From the human T2T-CHM13v2.0 reference genome, Homo sapiens, in assembly GCF_009914755.1 (NCBI RefSeq), contig NC_060942.1: 64,000 nucleotides of DNA; one strand, given 5' to 3'. Of this stretch, positions 14,440 through 27,762 are shown piece after piece. The first letter of the stretch is position 1; each line of letters begins with the position of its first letter. The translations under genes were made by a program, and so were the position numbers. The notes below the pieces were generated by a model. The model was not told the DNA's origin and ran no database searches. It saw only the letters and a program-made list of their open reading frames with translations.

Positions 14440-15145
14440 TCTTTCAACATCAAACCTACTATCCTATCTGCATCTATGCCAATGGCTCCACTTCCCCCTT
14501 GTTACCTGAGTGGCACCACGTTACTTCTATCTAAACAACCTCTCAACATACATTCCACATGCCCTCCCCTCTTTCCAACCGAGGTGTATTCCTCTCTTCC
14601 CCTCCTTCATCATTTGCTTCACTATATATTAGATTGTTCTCAACAGCCTAAAAACATTGTAATAGTTTCCATTAAAAATATATGCTGGCAGTATATTCCT
14701 TTCAGATATCATCTCATACCTGTATTTATCTTTGTAGAAAACTTTTTTGAAAGAGTGTTTTATTGTGTTGACTTCATTCCATTCTTGTCTCCCTTCATCA
14801 TTCATTCCGGCTTTAGCCCCCTTCAATGAGGCTTTTCTCTAATCCCTCCATTAAGACCAATCTCATGAAAGTCATCAGTGACCTGCATCTTGGGAAATCC
14901 AATGGTCTGCCTCAGTTCTTAATTAAACTTCTCAAACTTTTAACCTAGCTGAGTACTTCTTTATTGGAATGCTGTAAATATTTATTTCTGTATGTATCTG
15001 TTTGCTTGTGTGTTGCCCTTCTCCATCACTAAAACGTAAGAGCAAGTTCTGTTTTGTATACTCCTTGGTCTTGTATCTTGTTTTGTATTCCCAATGTCTA
15101 AAACAGTACTTGGCATTGACTAGGTGCTCAAAAATCACTTACAGA
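14440..15145 (+). mobile_element. L2 LINE remnants (3' region)
   Basis: Pyrimidine-rich L2-like text ('gtcatcagtgacctgcatcttgggaaatccaatgg') ending in the L2 3' motif 'aacagtacttggcattgactaggtgctcaaaaat'. Confidence 0.65.
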
Positions 15146-15418
15146 ATCATTTAAACAGTCATGTATTTGAGTAACAGGCACATGAAGTTATAAACACAAA
15201 CATAATTTATCAATAAGACAAATATTTTGGGAGTCAGATGTTTCTTACCTTTAGTCTGTCCAGAGCCAGTACAGCCTAAAATTAATTTGGTAATTGGGCT
15301 TTAGAATCTCTTCATTTGCATTTGAAATGAACCCATCCAATATGTCCACTGAACTACACAGCTTAGAGTGAACTCTCTCCAGTTGACTTAGGATAAGTAA
15401 GCATATTCACAGAAGCCA

Positions 15419-15562
15419 TTAATCTGGATCCGTATCCCATGAAAATATAAGACTAAATCTTAACTGGTTTTGTGAAACTATGAGCAAAAAAGTGTAAGCC
15501 CTATATTGTCAGGCTATTCCAACAGGCAATACCACTGAAATGCAGTAGCTCCTCCCTAAGCT
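15419..15562 (+). repeat. Local duplication pair B, copy 1 (partner 16265-16408)
   Basis: 144-bp ungapped match with about 15 mismatches by manual count (~90% identity). Confidence 0.95.
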
Positions 15563-16264
15563 AAGTGCCAACAAGGAGTGAAATGTGCTAGGTGCCCAAT
15601 TAGTATCTCTACCTACTGCTCATTCCAAAGGTCTCCAACCAGCTATTGACCTAAATAATCCACCTAGTTTCAGGCCACAGCCAAGAAGTCTATTTATAGC
15701 TCAGAGTAAACTAATAGCTGAGCTGAGAGGCCTTTTTCTTATTTGTAATTCTCCCTTCTAAAATGTAAGGAAACTAACATACCAGAAACACATGAAAATT
15801 ATAAGCCCCTGCAACAGCCAAATTCCAATTCTGCGTTTTCCCCCTAAACAAAAAGGAAACAAAATGTTGAGAGAATGTCAAGCTGCTACCAGCCACATTC
15901 AGCATACTTGGGATCCACAGTTTTAATGAAATCATTTAGCCTTTCAACCACATGGCACTTCTTTATCTGCAGATGAAAATCCTGGTTTTTAGTATTAAGG
16001 TTGTGAAATTAAGGTTGTCTTTAGGATTAAGGTTGTGGTGGAGATACAATTTTTTCCTTAAGTTGTTTTCTTCAAGGAATTTATCCACAAGAAGGTTAAT
16101 TATGACATATTTTTATAGATGCCTAAGTGTAGGATTTGTTTTAGCATTAATGGACCATCTAGGCCATTACAGAAAGATGTTGGGATATTTAAGAAGTGGT
16201 ATTTTTTAAGAAAGTAAGTCAAAACATGAGAAAATGAACTTAAATAGCTAGAATTTATAATCTT

Positions 16265-16408
16265 TTAATCTGGGTCTGTGTCCCATGAAAACATAAGACT
16301 AAATCTTAACTGGTTTTGTGAAACTATGAGCGAAAACGTGTAAACCCTGTATTCTCAGGCTATTCCAACAGGCAATACCTCTGAGATGCAGTGTCCCCTC
16401 CCTAAACT
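16265..16408 (+). repeat. Local duplication pair B, copy 2
   Basis: Matches 15419-15562. Flanked by 'tttataat' at 16254-16261 and 16413-16420. Confidence 0.95.
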
Positions 16409-16454
16409 TTTGTTTATAATTACAGTCAACATTTATTGAAAATTTTTGGACTCA

Positions 16455-16578
16455 GGCCAGGCTTTGTGGCTCACACCTATAAACCCAGTACTTTGGGAGG
16501 CTGAGATGGGAAGATTACTTGAGGCCAGGAGTTTGAGACCAGCCTGGTCAACATAGACACTGTCTCTCAAAAGAAAAC
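16455..16578 (+). mobile_element. Alu left monomer (FLAM/AluJ fragment)
   Basis: A single monomer, 'ggccaggctttgtggctcacacc...gagaccagcctggtcaacatag', followed by an A-rich end. Confidence 0.85.
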
Positions 16579-17956
16579 ATCCGTACTCTACTGAATTCTG
16601 GGTGGATCGACAAGTGAATGCAATGGTCCTCACTCCTGAGGGTGTTTTACTTCATATGATGAAAAGATATATTAGAAATACATTTTTAAGAAATGTATTA
16701 ATAGTGTGATCTATGATAAATATTTGGCCTAATTTCTTCTACTTTCTGAGCAGTTGTCTTGGCACGGTGAAGATTTTCTTGAGTTGGGGAATACTTGGAA
16801 TGTCAAAGAATCTGTCTTGAGGCTACCTGCTATTTTACTTACTAAGGTGGGAGATGTAGGGGACTCACTCATTTCACCAGGATTTATTTTTTGGACAAGG
16901 ACAAAATAAAAATGAGCTTTTATAAATTGTGTTATAAGAAAATTCATAGATCAGAATCATAGCTCTGATTATACTTCATGACTATAATATTTTCATACTT
17001 GGTGTCTGTGTTTAATAAGAATGAGCCCAACAACTAGGAAAGCATCCTGTTAGTATCTTCAGGGGGTGTCCTGTACGGGATACATAATGGGGTGCCTGAG
17101 TGAGATAAAGCAACATAAAACTTTTATGTCCAGGGAACAACACGTATGTGACAAAGCAAAGGGAATCTAGGACTAGAGAAGGTGTAATGCCTGCAGGTTG
17201 TTTATACAGCTTGTACTATCTGGGCAGTGAGTGGAAAACTTGATGCAAAACAGAATAAGGAAACATGCTCGCTAAAACTGAGCATGGAGGTGAGAAAAAA
17301 TAGATTATTTTCTCAGAAAGGGTGAATTGCAACTCCATGGCCAGTTGGTATCTTTCCATTTAAAAAGACCTCCCTGGTTGACTTGATTTATTCTCAAGAT
17401 GGCTTCGACACACGGAAAAGTGGGTCACTTGATGAGAAATACGCTGGTTTTCAATAAAGGGGAAAGTGATGTTTTTTTCTTCAACTTAGTTCCAGTAGAA
17501 GTTCCAAAATAACTGGAAAGTTATTCTGTTTCTTTTACTCTCCTTGTGTCTTGTGAATGATGGCAGGTTTATTTCAAAATTGTGAGAAAAGAAAAACAGT
17601 GGTTGGAAAACATGAAGTGGTCTGTTTATTTTGGCCATTGGTGAGAAATGTTCTGGAAAAGCTATCTAAACTGAATTCCAGCTGTATGTCACTGGATGCT
17701 GGCAGGATTTATTGGTGGGAAGTTATGGCAAACATCTTGATGGCTTTAAATCTGTATTCATAGCTAGTATCTTTTGTGTAATTATACTTAAAAATCATTA
17801 ATTTCAAAAAAAAATTAGAGAATTTCTCTAATGCTTGTACATTGAGAGGGGAAGGAAGAAAAACTAGAAGGTTAGTCTTTTGAACTGCTATAGTTTTAAA
17901 GATGACAGAACCCTTCATCTCAGCAAGAGCAGTGGAAGATTAAAAATATTAGACAT

Positions 17957-18251
<295 letters not shown>

Positions 18252-19750
18252 GTCTTGACTAAGACCAGGGATATCTCCCTTCTGTTATTCTGAAGGTCTG
18301 CCTATTGAATAGTCAATCCTGAAGATAAGCAAGATAAAGAATTAAGAACAGGAAACCACACCAAGCTCTCTGTCTCCATTTACCCCTTAGACAGATGTTT
18401 CTTTAAGTTTTTTGAATGAGCAATTCATTATTGTAATGATATGACAAAGAGAATGGATGCTAACCATCCTATGATCCAAGTTTATCAGCTACATGATATT
18501 GGTCAGCTTACATTCCTTTATCTCTTGGCTTCCTCACTGTTAAAATGCACATGATTCTGCCTAACTAATAAGGTACTTATAAAGATTACATTAGAATATG
18601 CATATCATACCTTGGTGTCTGAAAAAAGCTGCTGTATTACTCTTATTAAAAATAAAATTAAGCAACTCCTATTCCTCTTAAATTTCTATTTTATATAAAC
18701 CTGCACCTAACATGTGGAAATTGAGAGAAATAGCTTCAGTTTTGTTTGCCTTTTTTGTTATGGTATTGATTTCTATTATAGTTATATAATTATAGTATAT
18801 AATGGAAATTACCTATTTTTTGTCTAAATCAGTGACAATGGATGCAAAAAGTACAACACTCCAAGGAAGTATCTCTGCCCTTGAAATTTCTGAGAAAGTT
18901 TCAACAACTACACTTCAGACTAATGGAAAATATGATCATAATTGTTTTGGTTTGTTTTAAAAAAATCACCTTATGTTTAAAGAACATTATGAACAAGCCT
19001 CAAACTGTTCTGCTGCTCTACACACCTACAAGTGAAAATCAATATTTCTTTCAAAAATTTCCATATATGTCTCAGATAAAAGTTGCGCTGTGCTCACATT
19101 TTTCTAATGTGACATATGGTTGGTTTCAAATGCATGCCCAGGAGGCAAAATACTGAATAAACTGTGATGACTTATAGTTTAGAAGGTTTTCTCCTGAGGG
19201 GGGGAAAAACAGCAGATAATATTGTTACAGGAAATCCATAAGCCAAAAAGAAGTTTCAAATAACTCTTTCTCCCAAGTCTTCCACAAGCTGTCCTTAAAT
19301 TTTTAAAGAGCACTTGAATAATAAAATGTGTTGGTTATAGCCCCATTTTTCTTCATGACTACCCTCAAAACATTTACTGAAGATGCTATTTTAAGCTGCC
19401 ATTTCAAAATTTTTACCACCAGTTTGTAGATGATTTCTACTCAGTTGTACAACACAATAGCATACAATATTCCCTCCATTCATTCTGACATGGATCATCT
19501 ATTTTTCTGCCCAAAGGATTGAAGTGAGAATGGCATTTGGAAGACATTTCAGGAACAGTTAGGGCAAGAGATAGGATTAGGTGTCCCTGTGCCTACACGG
19601 AGGAAAATAAGTCCCACTCCTCTACCAAAAAGAAAATTTAGCTTTACTCTGATGCTAGATGACTTAGTGATTAGCCGGCCATAGCTTGAAACATTTTGGA
19701 GTCTTGTTTTTGGTAGAGAAGAGGGAACATTCTAAATTTCTTCCATTCTC

Positions 19751-20046
19751 TTTTTTTTTAATGGGAATGAGTCTTTCCCCTTTGAAGGAAGGGGCTGGAG
19801 TGCAGTAGTGGGATCTCAGCTCACTGCAACTTCGGTCTCCCAGCCTCAAGCAACTCTCCGGCCTCAGCTTCCTGCGTAGCTGGGACTGTGCGTGAGCCAC
19901 CACACTCAGCTAATTTTTGTATTTTTAGTAGAGATGGGGTTTCACCATGTTGCCCAGGCTACTCTCGAACTCCTGACCTCAAATTATCTGCCCGCCTAAG
20001 CCTCCCAAAGTGCTGGGATTACAGGTGTGAGCCACCACACCCAGCC
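19751..20046 (-). mobile_element. Alu (old, J/S boundary)
   Basis: Reverse-oriented dimer ending 'gagccaccacacccagcc'. Confidence 0.9.
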
Positions 20047-20066
20047 AAAAATATGTTTATCATTTT

Positions 20067-20372
20067 ACAGTCAGCCCTCTGTATCCGTGGAGTTTCCATA
20101 TCCATGGATTCAATCAACCCAGATAAAAATATTCAGAAATATATTGTATCTGTACTGAACATGTAAATACTTTTTTCTTGCCAAGATTACCTAAACATTA
20201 CAGTATAGTAACTATTTACATAGCATTTACATTATATTAGGTATTACAAGCAATTTAGGGATGGTTTAGGGTATATGGGTGGATGCACATAGGTTATATA
20301 CAAATACTGCACCATTTTATAGCCCGGACTTGAGCATCCCCAGATTTTGGGTAACTGAGGGAGAGATGACTT
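20067..20372. mobile_element. MER2 (TcMar-Tigger) DNA transposon
   Basis: Contains 'tacagtcagccctctgtatccgtgg', 'aactatttacatagcatttacattatattaggtatta' and 'gcacataggttatatacaaatact'. Confidence 0.85.
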
Positions 20373-21126
20373 TATACGTGAATGATCAGTCTAGCAAACC
20401 CAGCCAGGGCCTGGAGGGGGCCCTACTCAGTCTCAGGCTGAGAACACCTATTGAGGTTAGGTAGGTCATTTAAGTTCATTGAACTCAAATAGTCTTTTAG
20501 TATTTAAATTCCTTCTAGATCAGAGGTTCCTAACCCCAATTGATAAGCAGAGTTTCCTAGTTAGAGAGCCTTTAATAGCTACATCCTGAGCTTCACCTTT
20601 GAGGGGAGGGACCGAAAACAGCATTTTAAAATGGCTGAGGTGATTTTGATATAGCATAGCTAGCATTAATTTGTGAATTTGCATTTGGGAAGTATATCCC
20701 TAGAGAATTCTTAAGCAACTTCTCTAGAGTCTTGTCAACCTTGATAACCACACGTATGTTTGAATATCTCATACTGCAAAACTATTATTTGCCTAGGCAG
20801 CACATGCTCTTTTCAGTAGACTTGACTGCATCAAAGAAAACAATATTAAATGAAAATGCACCTGCATAAATTCTCTATCAATTGGTATTCTGTTACTTGG
20901 GGGCCATAGAAAATCTAATTCCTAATCCACACAATAGCTCTTCTACTACTATTTGCAGACAATGGCAGGCACTTGCATTTCAGTCATTTCTTCTCTAGAA
21001 AAATATTTCTAGTTCATTTAGTCTTTATGTGACTTGATTTTAAAATGTATGTATTCCCCTTGCTTTTCTTTGAATTTACCCCTGAGGTTTCTCAAGTGAG
21101 GGCTTCAACTGAACACAAGTCCCAGT

Positions 21127-21312
21127 GGGGCTGGGTTCGTAGGTGTGTGAGCTGCATTATCTCAAAGGACCCTCCAACTCAGGTCTGTGCTTGGTTTTGT
21201 GTTGTTCATTGAGTTGAAATTTATAGTAGTAGTTTTTTTTTTTCTTTTTTAAGCAAGGGCCTCCACATTTCCACTTTACACAGAGGTCACACAAATTAGG
21301 TAGCCTGTCCTG
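21127..21312. mobile_element. MER45A-like (hAT-Tip100) DNA transposon
   Basis: Ends 'gcaagggcctccacatttccactttacacagaggtcacacaaattaggtagcctgtcctg', matching the recalled MER45A terminus. Confidence 0.6.
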
Positions 21313-22961
21313 TGTCCCAGCTCTAGTATGATCTTGTATAAACGGTTCAATTCCCACATGCCCCATGCTAATGGAACATGGTATACATTATCTGTTTTAG
21401 TAGCCATGTTACTCCTCAGTTCATACTCTACATACTACGGGATGCAACTCCAAGATTGTTTTCTACTACACAGCCATGTCTCCTTCATGATGGATTTTTG
21501 AGATTGTTGTGGGAAACAAATACAAGATGTTATATTGATTCCAGTTAAGCATAATCTTTAAAGATTTGGCTTGTGGTTCCAGACCTATTGAGACCTGATT
21601 AGGTTCTGATTGTATCATCCATCATGTTTGTTGTCCCTCTTAACTGCATGCCACCAAAAGACACTTACAACCCCGTCTTATAAAGTGATGAAAAATATCA
21701 TAGTAGGAAGCATTTAAAGAAATATGAGGAATAATGGTTTTGATCATGTGATCTAGTTGCTATTGTCTTAAAGATACCGAAAGTCTCCAATTTCAGTAGC
21801 CAGTGTGTAATCTTTATTCTTCTTGCCTAAAAATAGTTTGATAGTCTTTGTTGTCATTGTGAATAAGAATGTGAAAATACTTCAGTTGTAATGGGGGCTT
21901 CGGCCAACAGAAGACTCATTTCTGAAACTATATGGTATGAAAAACTCACCTCAGAGGAGTTATAATTATTTAATGCAAATGTAGAAAATCTAGTGTTTCT
22001 GTCTACCTTGGCAATGACATCTTTTGGTTTGGATGCTTCAGGGAGCCAGTTACTTTAGTAAGTGCTTTGGTGCTGTATGAGAGAAGACATCCTCAAGTGA
22101 GAAAGGTACAAGAGATGTGTAAATGTTTTCCCACTTACAATAGGTGATTTCTGAATTATTTGCTTTTATTCCAATTTAATCATGGAAAGTTTTAAGAAAA
22201 GTAAAATTGTTTAAGATGATGACAGTTTTGATTTCAGCTATGTATATGGTCAGGTAATGAAATATGATTTTGTTTGCTTATATAATTAAAATACAATTAG
22301 GTCAAATTAAATACTAGCCTGGCTAGCTGTTATGCTGTTAATTAGAATTTTAAACAGTATTTGGATACTTTAATCATTTCCCTATTTTATCTGAGTAATC
22401 ATTCCCTCAGAAATACAGAAATGAAAACCTCAGAAGCCCAGAAACATAACATTACATTTGAGCTAACTTTTCTTTTCCTACATAAAGCTGCATGCATTAG
22501 TGAAGGCTGATGCTCAGTTTCTTGTCTGAGATTTCTCATTGTACTAAAACAGATTCAAGGGTGAACTTACAGTAAGATCCGTATGCTGGTAGGAACACCT
22601 TAGTCCTAGTTGCAGTGCTGGAAGAACTTGTTAATTTGCTTTAGATCTATTATTTACCCATCATCTCTAAAGTGAAGGAGATATCATGGCACATCACTGA
22701 AGTCTCTTTAATCTCCAAGATTGTACACATCTGTAAATTTGTGAAATGCCTCCAGAGAGATAGGGCAGTATAAATGATTCATACTATTGATTCACTTGGC
22801 AAGTGGAAGGGCTGAGCTCAGAAATAAAAAGGCAATTCTATTACAGTTCAAGAGTCTGACAGGACCCCACTACTCAGACCTCAAGAAGTGCTTTGTAGCA
22901 GTTGAAAATGATACTTTAAAAAGCATGTGTGAGATCTGTGTTCACATGCATATATATTTAT

Positions 22962-23815
22962 GTATTACTCACCAAAAATTACTGAGTGTATACTTTTTGC
23001 CAGGAACTGTTCTAGATGCTGGGGATATAGTAGAGAACACAACAGACAAAGACTCTACCTTTATGGGCTTTTATTATGTGGCAAAATATACCAGGTGTTA
23101 AATAAGATAAGCAATTCTATTACATTAAAACTAGACTGAAAGTTTAGGCAGCAAATGAGTGGGAGGGATCTGCAAAAGAAAATTTCACTTTAAATATTGT
23201 GGTCAGGGAAGCACCCACTGAGAAGATGACATTTGAGTGAAGATCTGCAGGAAGTAAAGGTGCAAGCCTTAAAGATTTCTGGAGGGATGATGCCCAGAAA
23301 GAGCCAGCAGGTACAAAGTTCTAGAGGTGGGAGCCTGCCAGCTGTGTCTGAGAAATAACAAATAGACCAGCATGAAGGGAAGTAAGCAAGCCAGGAAGAG
23401 AGGAAGATGCAGTGGAGATACAATAGGAAGCCAAATAGTATAAAGCAAGCTTGTCCAACTCGCGGCCCCATGGGCCACATGCAGCCCATGACCGGTTTGA
23501 ATGTGGTCCAACACAAACTCACAAACTTTCTTAAAACATTTTAGATGCTTTTTGCAATTTAGTTTTTTTAGCTCATCAGCTATCGTTAGTGTATTTTATG
23601 TGTGGCCCAAGACAATTCTTCTTCTAGTGTGTTCCAATGAAGCCAAAAGATTGGATACCCCTGGAAAGTCTTGTCAACTATTTTAAGGTCCTTTTCACTC
23701 AGAGTGAGGAAATGGATGTCTTACTATTTAATAGGATCCCTCTGGCTGCTGAGTTGAGAATAGTCTATGTGCAAGGGCAGAAGCAGCAGGCATGTTAAGA
23801 GGCTATTGGATGAAA
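22962..23815 (-). mobile_element. L2 remnant interrupted by MER30
   Basis: L2 motifs 'ttactgagtgtatactttttgccaggaactgttctagatgctggggatatag' and 'ggatccctctggctgctg'. Confidence 0.7.
23446..23663. mobile_element. MER30 (hAT-Charlie) DNA transposon
   Basis: Termini 'caagcttgtccaac' and 'agccaaaagattggatacccctg'; internal 'ctcatcagctatcgttagtgt'. Confidence 0.88.
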
Positions 23816-24064
23816 TTGCACAGTCACACATTATCTTTTTCTAATAGACTAATACCTATTACTAGACTATCTGTAGCCTGATCTTCTACTCTTGAATTAG
23901 TCACTCATTTATAGATATAATTGTTGACTGGTACAAAATGCTGTCATTGTTCTAGACTGAAGTTATTTAATTGTAACTGTTAATGTGAATGCCCCCGTTG
24001 GGACCCAAGAAACCTCTTTTATCTACCTTCATAGACCTAGGGTAATCCATTTCCATTAAATGTA

Positions 24065-25215
24065 GGTTTATCAAACCCCTACTTTATATCAGGCACTATT
24101 CCAATTACTTGGAATAAATCAGTGAGCAAAGGAGACTAATAGCCTTGTCCTCATGGAGTTGAATTTTAAAGGGAGAAGACAAAAATAATGGCTGCAATAA
24201 ACAGTTGATAGAGTTTATTAGATGGTTATGAGTGTAATGAAGAAACTACAATATAGATCTCAGGGCATAGGGCAAGTCTCGGTATTAGTAGGACATTCTG
24301 ATCAGGCTTTATTAGGAAAATGAGATTTAAATAAGACTTTAAGGAGGTCAGAAAGTTATCCACGGAGATTTCTTGGAGAAGAATATTTCAGGCAGAGGAA
24401 ACAAGCAGTGGCAAGCAACCAACAGTGCAAAACCTCCAAGGCATAAACATGACGGTCATTTTCAAAGCATAGCAAGATGATCAGTATGTCTAGAGTGAAG
24501 TGAGCAATGGAGAATTAGTAGGACATGAGCTATGATTAGAAGTGAGAGCCAGATCATGTAGTTGCTTGGAGGCTAGTGTAAGGACTTTGGATTTTGCTTT
24601 GTATGAAATGAAAAGCCAAAGAAGGAGAAATATGATCTGATCAAGCACATCGTTCTGGCTGCTGTGTTGCGCTGGAATATGGGAGGGCAGGCGTGAATGC
24701 AGGGAAGCCAGTTAAGCTGTTGCAACAATCCAGTTTAGAGAGGATGAAGGCTCAGAGAAGGGTGATGGCAGCCGAAGTGTTGAGACGTGGTAACAGTTAC
24801 ATTCTGGTTATATTCTGAGCTGAATCAAACAGAATTTGATGACAGATTAGATGTGGGGTCTGAGACAAAGAGAACTATTATGACAAGATTTTGGGGCCTG
24901 AGAAACTAGAGGGGTGGAATTGCTATCACCCAAGATGAGGAAGAGTATAGCAAAAGAGGATTTATTGATCTATCCATAGTTTTGCCTTGGACAAGACAAG
25001 TTTCAACATTTAAGTGAAGATGTTGCCTTGGCAGATAATATACAAATGTGGATTTAGGATGGAAAATTTGGGTTGAATATATAAACCAGGTAGTCATCCT
25101 AATGTGTTAGGATTATGGTTTACAGTGGGGTTTAAAGCCATGGGCAGCATGAGGTCTATAAAGGAGTATCTGAAGATAGAACAAAGGAGGCCAGTGCCCG
25201 AGCCCTGCATACTCC
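24065..25215 (-). mobile_element. L2 LINE remnant
   Basis: L2 motifs 'caggcagaggaaacaagcagt', 'aaggactttggattttg', 'tctggctgctgtgttg' and 'gatgacagattagatgtgggg'. Confidence 0.75.
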
Positions 25216-25627
25216 CAAATGAAATGATTTAAAAAGAATTTTAAAAAATCCCTTAAACACCTCAGAATTCAGCTTCGTACCTTCTTCTACATCAGTAAAG
25301 ATCTGCAATGGAAATAGTTTAAACTTTTTTCAGACTGGTGGGTTATTTAGCCATGCTTGCAGCATGATCATTTCGGGAGGTACTCAAAGCATAGTGTATC
25401 CCAAACAAAAAAGGGAATAGGTTTTCCTTTACATGATGGCACCAGCCACTTGGTAGTGACTGATTGGTATGCTATGCTGCAGCAGATGTGGAGGTTGGAT
25501 GTGGGTTTCATAGGGGAAAGAGCCTCACAATGGCTTAGTGAGGCCTTCCAAGGGAGCAAAATGGGCGAAGCCTGGTGCCATGGGTTTGCTTATATTTTGC
25601 AAATCTCATAAATGAGAACTCTATTGT

Positions 25628-25810
25628 GGGGGGCTCTGACTTTTGGGGATCAAACTCCTTTTAAAGAATTAGGATTATAAATAATACCTATCAAAACTCT
25701 GCATGTACCTGTGCACCCTCAAACAAAAACCCTGTGCACCCCAAAATTTATGCATATAATTTTAGTAAGACTTCTGGGCGTCTTCCGTGGACTCGTTTAA
25801 GAATCCCTGC
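25628..25810. mobile_element. MER103C-like DNA transposon remnant
   Basis: 'ttttggggatcaaactcctttt...tgcatataatttt...ttaagaatccctg' resembles the recalled consensus. Confidence 0.45.
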
Positions 25811-26747
25811 TGTACTAACTCAAAAACAGTCTTAATAGCTTAACACAATTTCTTTCCAAATGTAGTCAGTTTCAATATTAAGTTTGGTAGACTCTACTAT
25901 TTATCATAAGTAGCAAACAGACATGAGATAGTTATTCCACTATTATTGTTCTAATCACTTCATGGAGAAACTTGCCAAGAATAATTAAAAGTAATTTGCA
26001 ACTTCATTGCCCTTTTATTGGCCATTGACTTTGCAAACAGAATGTAGCTATGGACCAAGTGGCACATGTTCATATGGTTTGCCAGTTTGGGGTACACTTA
26101 TAAAATCTTTTCATTACTAATGTAGTAAGCAAGGCTAACTGAATTGGTCCCCTCAAAGACAGATGGCAATTCCAGACATTACTAAATTTTTTTTTCCAAA
26201 ATTTAAAATGTACATATTAATGATGTGGAACTACTCTTAGATTAGCCATATGCATAGCCCTCTGCCATAGCCAAATGAGAATATATAACCTCTTGTTTAA
26301 TAACAATAGGGTTTTGCCATCAAAGAGGATTGAATAGATAGAGCATTCTGGCATTTAACTATTGCCAGAAATTGTACCTCAGCTTTAATTACACTGAAAC
26401 AAAACTCACTGGCACATATCTTCCACATGCACCTAGTCCACGTTAATTACCTCCACTTAGCAAGTCCACCTGTCTGAGTGTTAGGGCCACATTTTCAATA
26501 CAAGTTCTTCTAGCTCTTACACTGCTAACCCATGGTTCTCAAACCCAAAGATCCTTGGGAAGGCTAATGCATCTCTTTTAGAGCCCTGGAGTTTGATTTG
26601 TAGCCAGCTGTTTTGAAAATTCCAACCCATAAACATTTCTGCCACACTTTATAGAGGGATTCTAAACACAAATGACCACTGGGATGAGGCAATTACAAGA
26701 CCTGTGATAAATAGCAAGCACATCCCCTGCCCAATGACATTGAGTAT

Positions 26748-27211
26748 TTTTTTTCTTTTGAGACAGTCTCATCCTGTCACCTAGGCTAGAGTGTAGGCTG
26801 AATCCCATCCCAGAGTCTCAGATTTAGTAAAATCTAAAGTAGAAACTGCTAGCAAGTTCCCAAACAATGCTAAGGTTTCTGGTCTGGAGCCACCACATTT
26901 TGAGAACCACCACTACAATCCTTATTAAATGTTATATGTTTCTGTTGGGATATGAGGTGAAATGGACTTCAAACTGTTTAAAAACTTTACTTCCTGACAA
27001 GAGCTCACTGCAGCCTTAAATTCCCAGGCTTGAGCAGTCCTCCTGCCTCAGCCTCCCAAGTAACTGGGACTACAGGCGCGTGGCACCATGCCTAGCTAAT
27101 TAAAAAAAAATTTTTTGTAGAGATAGTGGCTCGCTACATAGCCCAGGCTAGTCTTGAACTCCTGGGCTCAAGCAATTCTCCGGCTTCGGCCTCCCAAAGT
27201 ACTGAGATTAC
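26748..27211 (-). mobile_element. AluJ interrupted by a 209-bp inserted segment (26797-27005)
   Basis: Alu text 'gagacagtctcatcctgtcacctaggctagagtgtag' stops at 26796 and resumes at about 27002 as 'agctcactgcagcc'. J-type 'ctgggctcaagcaattctcc'. Confidence 0.9.
26797..27005 (-). repeat. Inverted local duplicate of 27495-27702 (pair C)
   Basis: Reverse-complement match with about 13 differences in 209 bp by manual count (~94%). Confidence 0.96.
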
Positions 27212-27585
27212 ACTGAAGATGGTTTTACCTCCTAGTAGAAATAAGCAGGTCAGTCTGCCAAGCTCCAGCACAGAACTCCCGGGGCCTATGTGCTTGGGTA
27301 CATACACAGCAGCTTCTGCAGAAAACAGGTCTCTCATCTGTGGCTTAGCACTGTGTGGAGGAGGGCAGAGCTTCCACACAGGTGGGAACACATCCGGCTT
27401 GGCAATTGTTGTAACTGAATATTAGCCTCATGCCTTCTTCTCTTTATAGCAGTTGGATCCATCTTCAATCAGCATCACAGAACACAAACTCTCCAGCTCT
27501 TTTTAGGAAGTAAAGTTTTTAAACAGTTTGAAGTCCAATTCATCTCATATCCCAACGGAAACATACAACATTTAATAAGGATTGT

Positions 27586-27762
27586 AGTGGTGATTCTCAA
27601 AATGTGGTGGCTCCAGACCAGAAACCTTAGCATTGTTTGGGAACTTGCTAGAAGTTTCTACTTTAAATTTACTAAATCAGGGACTCTGGGATGGGACTCA
27701 GCAATCTGCTGTCACAAGTCCTCTGGGTGAGTCTGATATTCACTGAAACTTGAGAACCACTA
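27586..27762. mobile_element. MER5A (hAT-Charlie)
   Basis: Contains 'gtgattctcaaaatgtggt', 'ggaacttgctagaa' and 'aacttgagaaccact'. Confidence 0.8.

Noticed and set aside
15994-16036. CRISPR-like repeat-spacer pattern (also at 47718-47760)
   Set aside because: Repeats of 11-12 bp with 3-7 nt spacers are far too short, there are no cas genes, and the DNA is primate.
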